DNA of 64,000 nt from Felis catus. Lineage: Eukaryota. The stretch is taken from positions 214,832,001 to 214,896,000 of the forward strand of contig NC_058368.1 of assembly GCF_018350175.1 (NCBI RefSeq). The letters run 5' to 3'. The notes beneath the pieces were generated by a model. The model was not told the origin of the DNA and made no database searches. It was given only the letters and a program-made list of their open reading frames with translations. Position numbers and translations under genes: made by a program. How positions within the stretch are numbered: position 1 is the first letter of the stretch; each line of letters opens with the position of its first letter. This document shows positions 53,225-64,000 of this stretch, in pieces.

Positions 53225-54450
53225 TAACTTATTTTTCTGGTTTTATTTTCAGGGCAAGGCTGATTTCAAATAATGAATTGGGACATATTTTCTCTTTTCT
53301 ATTTTCTGGGAGACTTTGTAAAAAAATTGAGATTATTTCTTGAAAGTTTGATAGAATGTACTTGGAAAGCATATTGGGTTTCTGTTTAGAAGGTAATAAA
53401 TTTAAAGATATAAATGTATACTTATACATTTATTTATGTACATAAATGCGCGTGTGGCTTCTATTTCTTTAATATCCATCCTTCATTATTCCCTTTGACA
53501 TCATTTTGATAGTTATCTGAATTTTTTTAATTAATTAATTAATTAATTTATTTATTTATTTATTATTTTTGAGAGAGAGACATCACAGGCAAGTGTGCAT
53601 GAGTGGGGGAGGGGCAGAGGGAGAAGGAGAGAAAGCATCTTCAGCAGGTTCCACACTCAGTGTGGAACCAGATGCGGGACTTGTTCCCACAACCATGAGA
53701 TCATGCATGACCTGAACCTAAATCAAGAGTGGGGCACTTATCTGACCCAGGTACCCCAGATGGATATCTGAAATGCAAACCCTTGGTTATTATGGATATA
53801 TTTTATTTTCACTTTTACTTTTTGGGTTGTCTTAGTTATTTTTTTTTCTTGAAGACAAAACTCGTTTCCTAAAGCTTATGATTATTTTTTAGTGTATTTT
53901 TCCTGAATTAATTTTAAGTACTTTGTTCAAAATTGTAGTATTTGTATACAAACTTCTGAAGCTTCTATTCCTTTATTTCTGAAAATATTTTCATCATGAT
54001 CTCATATTTGAATTATAGTTTAGCTGGTTATAAAATTGTTATTCAAAGACCTTTTCCTTTCATATTTTGAAAATACTATTTTTTTTTCTTCTGGCAACCA
54101 GTGCTACTATGAAAATACATTATCATTCTGCTTACAATCTCTTCCTTCTCTCTGAAGTCTTTTGAAATTCTTTGTCTTTGATATGCTTAAATTTTAGTAT
54201 AAATTGTGTGCTCTTTCTTCTTATTTCCCTTTGTTTTCTATGGATACTCTTAGTTTTATTTGATAATATGATGAGTTTACATCTATTTTTATTTCAAATA
54301 TTTCTCCTTTTTATTTGTATTTTTCCTTATGCTTACTATTTCTGCTACATTCTCATTGCTATTGCAATTGTCCTTTTATTCTTTCTTTGAGTTTCTCCAT
54401 CTCCTTTGCCAGTGGACCAATTTATTTCTCAGATGTATTCATTCTATAAT
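53225..54450 (-). mobile_element. Old L1 fragments, antisense
   Basis: ttctgggagactttgtaaaaaaattgagattatttcttgaaagtttgatagaat; tagtttagctggttataaaatt. Confidence 0.6.
53522..53757 (-). mobile_element. Diverged CanSINE
   Basis: Antisense head and (TTTA)n tail; degenerate TSD gatagttatctgaa / gatggatatctgaa. Confidence 0.92.
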
Positions 54451-57149
54451 TTACTCCACATGCTAATCCAGCAAGTTAATAACTCAAGCACTAAGACCTA
54501 TGCAAGCAGCACATGTAAAGCTGGTGTATTGGAGCAATGATCAATAACCTGCATGTGGTCCTCCAACATCCTGCCATCACACAGAAAGCACTGTTTGGAC
54601 CTGTCATTTTTGTATTAGCCTTTATGTTCCAGGGGAACATTTATAAACTTTTGTTCTTGAAAGTTTTTGTTTCTCCCTTTTGTTTCTTTTTTTCTCCCCA
54701 TAGGCTTCTTCATATATGTTTATTACACTTCTATCTTTGTTAGCTTCAAGTTTTTATTTAAATTTACAATTTCTGTTGCAAACTTGCTATTGTACAAAAC
54801 ATTCTTTTCTGAGACACCAGTAGCTTAGAAGTTTGCGTAAAACCATTGGTTTTAGCTTATCGCTGAGTCAACACCTCTTGTGGCTGAGTTACAAATACCA
54901 TTCAGGGATAAAATGTCTTGCCTTTCATCGTCATGTGTTATATTCTTAGTTTCAACTACTATATTCCTTGCAACTGATTTTTTTCTTCTTTTTATTTCCT
55001 TAATTTTGTTTTACTTTCATTTTGCTGATATTGTCTCATAACTTTTAATATATTGTTTTACATCCTTGATCCACCTATTCTAACATTTCTGCCTCTGATG
55101 GAATGACTTATTTGTTTTATTTATTTGTTTATTTGAAATAGTGAACCTCTTAGACTCACTTTATTTTGGTCATTTTATTTGGCCTATTTCCATTGAAGAT
55201 ATTGGCAACTGTGTCCAGTTATATATGAAGAAAGGTGCTAACATCAGACCTCTATCTGAGTCAGCTCCAGTTAACTCAAACTGAGAATGAACCCTCCATG
55301 GAAATGTACAGACTTGAGGACAGTACAGTTAATCCATTTCTAAACCAAGAAAACAATTTGTCACTTTAAGGCATACCTTCTACCCCCAGAGAGAAGCAGA
55401 CTTGAGGGGAAAGACTCCTTGGATTGTACTTTATCAGCCATAAGTGTTCAGAAAACTTGTGTTTGGCAAGCAAGTTTCACAGACTGGTCAGTGTCACACA
55501 TTTTTTTTCTAACAACTAAACAAACCAGTTTTTATTTTATCCCCAGGTATATCTACCTACCCCAGAAGTCTGATATGTGTGGCATCAGGCACTGAGAGTT
55601 CCAAGATAATGTAACATTAGGTATGAGAAGTGATATCATAGGATCCTTTTTTTATCTTGTTAGAGTGGTTCCTGCCCACCTCTGCCGTGAGCTAAAGCCA
55701 CTCTCACTAAGGCTGAACTGTTTAAAAGACAAATAGTTCTCCCCAAAGATTTCTTCTCAATTGGTGTTTCAGTCTTTATTTTCTTTGGGGTTGGTCTTGG
55801 GGAAGATACTAGCAGTTTTTGTTAGATCAGCATAATGTTAACTACCACTGGATCTAATATTTCTATATTAACAGATTTATTGAGGTTTGCTTCTAATTTT
55901 TATAAAGATTTTATGTCATTGAAACTAATCTCTGTCATCATGGTTTAAAGATTGATTTATATTTTTTACTAGAATAATGCATTATGTTATTTGGAAGCAG
56001 TGTTTCTTACTTGAATTTATGGTAGTCAGTAAAGATTTGCTATTACAGATTTTATGCTGAATTTCCTTTGTACTTCCTTCTATTTTTGCTTTATAAATTT
56101 TGATGCTTTTTTAGTTGGTGAAGAAAGATTTGCAGTGCTTGTGTTCTTTGTGATGTTATCTCTTATTATCATTTTAAATGTTATTCATGAATTCGCATTT
56201 GTCTGGAAGTCACATTGTGATCAAAAGTTAACACTGATTTGGTTAATGACTTTGTTCTCATTTTATTAATATTTCAGAACTGATATTTGAGTGTCGTAAA
56301 CTGTTGAGTAGATTGTGTGGTATAATCTGTGTTTGATGTCTTCCCCTTGTGGTCATTTGGAAGATGTATACTATGATTTTAGTGGAGTACTTATGTATTT
56401 AGTTTCTTTATGTGTTTATTAACATTTTTTAAAATTTATTACCTTTCAAAGTAAAAAAATATTTTCTAGATTTCCCTAAGATAATAGTGTTGGCCTGAAT
56501 TTTAATCTATTAATCTTTCTAACATGCATACAGGTCAAAAAGGAGATAATATAAAATCATCCATAGACTATGATTCCATGTTTCTAGGAGACAGTGACAA
56601 TCAGCTTCTGTTCACATGTAAATGAAGAAACACATCTGAGACGTATAAGATTGTGTACAGGGCCCACATTAGACATATATGTCACACTAAAACAGAGAAG
56701 AGAGGGTAGTACTCTAGAACCCTAAATGTGAAAATAAAAATATCATCAATGAGAGTTTATTTTCAGAATAAGGAGCCTCTTCCATGAGTGGAAATACTGA
56801 AAGCATGTCTGTGATCTAATGATGAAAGTATTGGCTGTTGGTGATTTAACAAAGAAACTTGTAAAAGAGATGGCAGTCTTTGAATGATGCTATTTCAGGA
56901 GAAGATATTTTTGAAGGGGAGATGTCCCTTGTCCTCATGATAGAATAAGCAAGTGAATGTTGAAGGAGCATAATAAAACAAGATAGAAAAAAAAGCAGAA
57001 GGTGAGAGACAAAGAAAAGCACTGTAGATTATAGGGAAATGGTTCTTTACTGCAGGAATAGGACAGTTTACCCTTAAACTGAGAAACTACACACTATTTA
57101 TGATGAGAAAAAATAATTTATAAGTCAGTAGAAGATTACTTGTTGCTTC

Positions 57150-58165
57150 TATATCATATATATGAAAGACAGCATCTTTCTTAATGAAGGAAGAAGAAAA
57201 GAATTCTAGATGAAGTCAGGAGGAAAGCAAACTCTTTCCATCTTCATTCCTATTTAACATTCCAATTTTAGTATATGTGCTGCTGAAGCAAGCACTCTAA
57301 TGTTCCACAACCCATTGAAACAGGATAGAAAAATTAGAGAGATAAGAATTAACTTTATTTGCCATTGAAAAACCCAACAGTGTCAATGATACAAAGGGAT
57401 AAGTTATGAGGTGATTTAGTAATATAGCAGGATATAAAATTAACACATAAAAATCTATCATCTTAATATCTACCATTGGTTTATGGTGGGGGGCAACTTT
57501 GCTGCTGTCTCTCAGGGGAACATTTGGACACATTTTTGAGTATCACAGGGTAGGAGTGAGGTTGAGGGTGCTACTGACATCTGGTGAATGGCATCCAGAG
57601 ATGCTGTGGCTCAACATCCTACAATGCATAGGACAGACAGCTCCCACCTCCCCAACAAAGAAGTGTCCAGGCCAAAATGGCAGTATTTATGCCAAGGTCA
57701 AGAAATTTTGATATATACTAACAGTTAGATGATATAATGGAAATGAGACATTTACTACAGTAAATGAAATACAAAATGTCTAAAAATAAATAATTTAAGT
57801 ATAAAAAGTGTCTCATGAAAAATTTTAAATGCTCTCAAAAAACGGAATAAATTTTATCAAATGGATATATATCCAATGTTCTTGAACAAGAATGATCCTC
57901 ATAAAAAATGTTACTTATCTCTGAATTACTAGGCAAATTTAATACAATTCCCATAAAGGAGTGAAGAGTTTTTTTTTTTTTTTCCTGGACCTCAACAAGT
58001 TGATTAAAGAACAAACAGACAAACAAATAAAAAACAAAACTAAAAAAATGTAGGATATAAAAATAAACAAGAATAACTGGGAAAACTAAATAAATACAAG
58101 TGTACAGAGCATGTTGCATATGATAAAAGTGAAATTTCAAATCAACACAGGGAAGATAATATTCC
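57150..58165 (+). mobile_element. Old L1 ORF2 fragment, interrupted by MER20
   Basis: gcaggatataaaattaacacataaaaatcta; aaatggatatatatccaatgttcttg; aaatttaatacaattcccat. Confidence 0.7.
57474..57710 (+). mobile_element. MER20 hAT-Charlie non-autonomous DNA transposon
   Basis: gtgctactgacatctggtg...ccagagatgctg...aacatcctacaatgcataggacag...gccaaggtcaagaaa. Confidence 0.9.
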
Positions 58166-59024
58166 TGTAGGTACACATATCCCTATTGATTAAATATATA
58201 CAGGGGTCTTTGATAACATTTATATCAGAGATTATCCCTCTGCCTCTCCCCTACCACACCCCCTCCAAGTACCTTTCATTTCATGAGGAAACCACATCAT
58301 TTTTCTTACTGCATTTTTCACATTCTGATTTCAATGTTTTTCTAATGGCATCATTTGACTTGGTCCTTTTCCTTTTCTTTCTCATAAACTGGTAGAAAGA
58401 TATAGAGATTTTATTACACTTAGATTCAAAATTTAGGCAAAAATACTACTTCACTAATGATGGCTAAGTATTCCCTATTACATTACATTTAGAAGGAGAC
58501 CAGTGGGTTAGCCTGATAATTTTACTATAAATTGTATATCACTTTTTCTTCTGATGATTTTAGTATTATTAATGATCATTACATGTATCTATTATTTATT
58601 CTAGATTTCAGTTGGCCGAGAATGTGAATATACATAAGACCTGTGAATATGCACCCATTGCCTCATATCTTTTACTGTGAATTAAGTTAGACATCGTTGT
58701 ATATGCAAAATTTTCAGTTTTCTTAACATTAGGAGGTTTGATCTAAATACAGTGAAAGACATGCAGTGCAGACCTGGAACCAACATATAGGTTGAATCCA
58801 AGTCCATCTAAGCTCAGTCTACCTTAGCTGACCCCCAACTGATGAGAGAATGAAAAATTGTTTCAAGCCACTGTGTTTTTACACAGTATTACTGAGCCAA
58901 TGGCCAATAAGTGAATACCATAATAATAAACAAGGCATTCAAAAGATTCATGCGTAGTGGTGTTGACAAAAGTGTCAAAAGTAGGTGAGGTAAATTCATA
59001 TTTTTCTGATTAAGATAAATCTCA

Positions 59025-59463
59025 GGGCGCCTGGGTGGCTCAGTCAGTTAAGTGTCCCACTCTTTTTTTTTTTTAATTTTTTTTTCAACGTTTTTTTTTT
59101 TATTTATTTTTGGGACAGAGAGAGACAGAGCATGAACGGGGGAGGAGCAGAGAGAGAGGGAGACACAGAATCGGAAACAGGCTCCAGGCTCCGAGCCATC
59201 AGCCCAGAGCCCGATGCGGGGCTCGAACTCACAGACCGCGAGATCGTGACCTGGCTGAAGTCGGACGCTTAACCGACTGCGCCACTCAGGCGCCCCAAGT
59301 GTCCCACTCTTGATTTCAGCTCAAGTCATGATCTCATGGTTTGTGAGATTGAGCCCCGCATTGGGTTCCATGCTGACAGTGTTGAGCTGTCTCTCTCCAT
59401 GCTCATGCTTGTGTTCTCGCTCGCTCTCTCTCTCTCTCTCTCTCAAAATAAATAAACTTAAAA
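59025..59463 (+). mobile_element. CanSINE split by a nested antisense SINE
   Basis: Head at 59025 resumes at 59297; outer TSD aagata(a/c)atctc at 59012-59023 and 59464-59475. Confidence 0.95.
59065..59296 (-). mobile_element. Young feliform CanSINE nested in another SINE
   Basis: CpG-rich; long T tail; perfect 15-bp TSD aagtgtcccactctt at 59050-59064 and 59297-59311. Confidence 0.98.
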
Positions 59464-60102
59464 AAGATACATCTCTGTCCCTCCATAATGGAAGTTCAAT
59501 AAAATGTGCCTAATATCAGATCACTGGCTTGTTTCCTCAGGGAAAAATATCCCATTAGAAACTCAGTTTGGGGCTCTGTTGACAGGTGGCAGCCTTGGTG
59601 AAAAAAAAAGTCCATATTAGGGCAAATGCCTAACTGACATCACTTTTACCATGGTCTCTCTCTCTCTCTTTTTTTTTTTTTGTCATGAATTTTATGAGCA
59701 AGCACTAATGGCAGAGAAATCACATCCTTTACAGTGGTTGTCCTTTGGGAACATTCAAACAGGAAACATATATCCTTACCCTGAGGGCACATTTTCAATG
59801 TCCAGTCACATACTTCTTGCAGGATCTCTTGGCTCCAATCTTGTTCTGTGTTCCTGATGAGCCAGCCATACGATTAACTGTGTAGATCCATACTTATGGC
59901 CATCTATTCTTCCAGGAAGTGAACAAAAAGATGTCCTGCGTGAAGTTCTGTCCACAGGGAATTTAACGTCTTTACCATCTTTCTGGCCTAAATCAAACTG
60001 AAATGCTGCACTTGTCCATTTCCATACATAATATGATGGAAAAATATCTGTAAAACATGATTTTTTTTCTGTTGTCAACTAGTCATAAAAAACTCTCCAT
60101 GA

Positions 60103-60330
60103 GGGGTGCCTGGGTGGCTCAGTCATTTAAGCATCTGACTCTTGATCTTGGCTCAGGTCATCATCTCACAGTTCACGGGTTCAAGCCCTGCATTGGGTTC
60201 TGCATTGACAGTGTGGAGCCTGCTTGGGATTCTCTCTCCCTCTCTTTCTGCCCCTCCCCAGGCTGCTCTGTCTCCCCCCACCCTCAAAATAAATAAATAA
60301 ACTAAAAACAAAAACAAACAAACAAAAAAA
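60103..60330 (+). mobile_element. CanSINE
   Basis: TSD ctctccatga on both sides. Confidence 0.96.
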
Positions 60331-60899
60331 CACCTCTCCATGAGATTCTAGGTATGAATTGAGAGGAGATATACTTGGTCATATTAAATTGATGCTGACC
60401 TTAGAGGAATTTGGCCATCTTGTCAGAGAATGGTCAGCAAGCAGGAGTCACACAAAATTATAGCTCCAAATTTTAGGAAAGCATATCAACCTGCTAAGTG
60501 TCTAAATGAGAAAGTGCTGGAACAGCACTAGAAGTTTTTGAAGAAAGTAATTCTGACAGCACAATCACAAATGAATCCATTGAAAAAGAATTTTGGAAGG
60601 TATTGAAATATAGTCACCTTAACTGCTTGATGGAAAAAAAGCAAGGTTTAAACAATAAACAACTACCCAAAGAGTTTGATGTGATTTTACAAAGAACTCT
60701 ATGTTAAGCTCAGATTGAATTTTTTGTATAAAACCTGAAAAGAATATAATTAAAGAATCAGTCACATCCCAAATAATGAACCAGCATTTATGGGGAAAAA
60801 AGAAAACTAACAAAGGATAAGAAAAGTGATTTCAGTTATGCTCAGAGGAAGAAGAGCCAGAAAGCTGTCAACTCACTCCTTGAGAAATATGTTATAATG

Positions 60900-61780
60900 C
60901 TAATGATGACACTGAGGAAAAAACAATTTCCTCCACTCCTGTTGTCTCTCTTTTTTTTCTTGTTAAAGAAAAGAGTAACACTGGAATAGAAAATTTAGCA
61001 CTTGCTATTGGGAGGAATGAAATTCAAATCCAAACAAAGAGGGGGGAATTGTAATGGAGCAATTACATTATTTTTTATATTCTTCACAGTCTGAATTAAA
61101 TTCTGAGGCACTAAAAGATATAGCAGTTAAAATGCAGAGTCATCACCATTAAAAATTAGTAGAGAAGTGTAGGGAAAATGAAACAGTCAAAGGCATTTAC
61201 AAGCTTTGAGGCCAAATAGAAGGCATATTCTGCAAACTAGAGATCTTGATGCCAGTTTTGAATAATTTCCAGAGTCTATTAATAAAAGAACAGTGTTGGA
61301 ACACCTATAAAGGAGAGTGGTGATGATGAGGAACTAATATAAGCTCATTAAATAAGTCACACTAGGCTAGTTCAATTGTCTTTTTCGATATGGTTATGAG
61401 ACTATAAGCTCAGAGAAGTTCTGCAGACAGAGTGAAAACGATTTTCAGCAAACTGACAGATACTCACATGATATCCTGTTGTGTAGAATGGAGAAATGTA
61501 CACAGCATGGCAAATTGGGTGAATGAGTGTAACCAAAGGGCAATCAACAAAGCTTAAGTTCAGGTCATTTTGACATGTTGTATGAGTTTCTCCTAAATGT
61601 TTTATTTACCATATCTTTATGAATTAGAGTCAAACTTTGGTAACATCCTCACTAAATTTGTTCAGACATGGACTTGAAAACAATAACCAATATTCTGGAT
61701 GCAAACTCAGCTTTTAAAAATACATCTGTAGGCTAGGAAGATGAGTTAAATGTAAGCATTTACAGTTAAAAATGGATAGT
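60900..61780 (+). mobile_element. CR1/L3 LINE reverse-transcriptase remnant
   Basis: aataagtcacactaggctagttcaattgtctttttcgat resembles CR1 'KSCQTNLISFFD' coding DNA; attttcagcaaa resembles 'DFSKA'; ctcactaaatttg resembles 'LIKFADD'. Confidence 0.5.
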
Positions 61781-61989
61781 GATGGGCAGACAAAAACAAC
61801 AAAAGTAAAAGGAGGAGGAGGAGGAGAGAAGCACAACATAAATGATCAAGGTAGAAGCAGGTTTTAATGGCATAATGATACAAAAATAGCAAGTTTAGTT
61901 AGAAGTCAGATGAGTATAAACTAAAACTACAATCAAGACATACCACCTGAAACAAACTTTTTTAAACAAATTCACCTGAATATGGCTAC

Positions 61990-62458
61990 CCAACAAACCA
62001 TGCTTTTCAGTACTCTTGGGATCTCTCAACTAGAATAGGTGTCTCAACTTGAATTTGGGCTGGCTCTATGATTCTTTATAAATTAATAGGGGGCATCAGA
62101 TATGACATTGAGATGACTGCTGAGGCTGGTCAGAAATAGCCTTGCAGGTTCTGCCTTGGTCTCTTGGAATGCTCACCCTGGACGAAGCAAACTTCCACAT
62201 GAATCTGACTACCCTGGGATGAATATGCAATGAGATGTCCAAGCTAGCTACTTTGAGAAAGGGATGACCAGCTGGGCTAGGCACTAGATATATTAGTGGA
62301 GAGCCTCCAGTTGACTTCAGTCTTAGCTACCATCTGACTCCAACCGTATGTGAAATCCCAAGCAGTAACAGTCCCCATGACAAATAGTAATAAATTATTA
62401 TATTTAGACAATCAATTTGAGCATGGTTTCTACAACAGCAAGAGATAACTGGAGTCAC
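61990..62458 (+). mobile_element. MaLR (MLT1-type) LTR
   Basis: ctgccttggtctcttggaatgctcaccctgg; ends catggtttctacaacagcaagagataactggagtca. Confidence 0.78.
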
Positions 62459-62637
62459 CCAAAACTTCATTTGGACTTAGACTACATTGATATAATTATA
62501 TTCTTATAACAAGGATGGCACAGGGGTAGAGATGGGGAGGAATGGGTAGTGTTCTGTTTTAATTATTTTGGTCCTATAGCTCTTAGAGTAAAGTAGTTCA
62601 TTTTGAGGGCTGTACTTTAAGAAGTTTACTCACAGTT

Positions 62638-62765
62638 GGGGCACCTGGGTGGCTCAGTCAGTTGAGTATCTGGTTCTTGATTTTGGCTCAGGTCATGATC
62701 TCCCCCTTTGCCCTGCTCATGCTCTCTCTCTTTCTCTAATAAACAAACAAACAAATAAATAATAC
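62638..62765 (+). mobile_element. Internally deleted CanSINE lacking the B-box region
   Basis: Head jumps from ggtcatgatctc to the (CT) region; TSD gtttactcaca at 62624-62634 and 62766-62776. Confidence 0.93.
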
Positions 62766-62994
62766 GTTTACTCACAATTGGACTTCATCACAAGAGAGAA
62801 AGAATAATAGGATGATATGAGGAACTATTTCGTGTAAAAAATGCCCAGAACTAAAGGTAGTTTTGCTTAGAAAAAGAATAAACACAGATAAAGTAAATAT
62901 ATATTTCTTGTTTTATCTGGGACAGTTTCAGCTTGTGCCTGTTACCTCAATACCTCACTTATTTAGCATTGAACCAATTCTTCATTACATTCAA

Positions 62995-64000
62995 ATGAGG
63001 TGATACACCAAAGTCAATTGCTTTTTTATATGCCAGCAGTGTACAATTAGAATGTGAAAGTTAAAAAAATAATTTTCCATACCACCCAATAAAATTCTTT
63101 GATATAAATGTATCAAAGTATACAGAGACCGTATGTAAAGAGCAATAAAAATCTGATGAAAGACATCCAAGATGATGTTAATAAATGGACATGATAAATT
63201 GAAAGGCTCAACATTGTTAAGATGTCAGTTTTTCACAACTGAATTTATAGATTCGATGCAATCCCAATCAGAATCCCAGGAAGTTATTTTTTAGGTGCTG
63301 CCAATCTGATTCTAAGTTTTATATGAAAAGACAAGTAACCTGGACTATCCAAAAAAAAATAGTAAAGAAGAACATGGAGGGCTCAATTTTCCAGATTTAT
63401 TATGAAGCTGCAGTAATCAACGCAGCAAGAGATTGGCAAAAGAATAGACGTAGCTCAGAATTAACAGAGTAGAGAACCCAGTAGTAGACAACCATAAGGG
63501 TAGTCAAATGATCTTTGACAAAAGAGCAAAGGCAAGTCAGTGGAGAAAGGATAGATTTGTAAATGAATTGTGCTAGAATAATTGGACATTTATATTCATA
63601 TTTTATGCATACATACATAAATTCATAGATATAGATCTTACATTTTTTCTGAAAAAATTAGCTCAAGGAGCACCTGAGTGGCTAAGTTGGTTGAACGTCT
63701 GACTCTTGATTTCACCTCAGGTCAAGATCTTATGGTTTGTAAGATTGAGCCCCGCATTGGGGTCTGTGTGCATCCTGTTTGAAATTCTCTCCCCCTCACC
63801 GCTACCCCTCTCACACATGCACGTGTGTGCCCCCTCTCTCAAAATAAGTAAATAGACTTAAAAATATTAACTCAAAATGGACCATACACCTAAATATAAG
63901 ACCCCAAACTATAAAACCTGTTGAAGAGAGCATATAAGAAAAATTAAGTGAACTTAGATTTGGTGATGAACTTCCTTCCACAAACATATAGCCATAGGTT
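62995..64000 (+). mobile_element. L1 ORF2 fragment running off the window end
   Basis: aaggctcaacattgttaagatgtcag, tatagattcgatgcaatcccaatcagaatcccag, aaatgatctttgacaaaagagcaaag. Confidence 0.92.
63667..63863 (+). mobile_element. CanSINE within the L1
   Basis: Head ggagcacctgagtggct; degenerate TSD attagctcaa / attaactcaa. Confidence 0.93.

Overview
AT-rich, CpG-depleted mammalian DNA, most likely from a cat-family (Feliformia) carnivore: it holds 24 tRNA-derived CanSINE copies of the feliform type, most with readable target-site duplications (TSDs). I find no intact protein-coding gene. The only recognisable gene-derived sequence is a full-length, heavily disabled processed pseudogene of HNRNPA1 on the minus strand (~19291-21279), interrupted by a SINE. 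The rest is old transposon debris (L1, L2, MIR, CR1/L3, MaLR/ERVL/ERV1 LTRs, MER44, MER20), microsatellites and a few unique stretches that could be enhancers or non-coding exons. The more unusual items are an internally deleted L1 that keeps a CpG/G-rich 5' UTR, an 83-bp local duplication, two SINE-in-SINE insertions and candidate minus-strand spliced exons. I see no convincing evidence of a new biological system; the window looks like intergenic or intronic DNA. Repeat subfamily names come from recalled consensus motifs, not a database search, and boundaries of old repeats are approximate.
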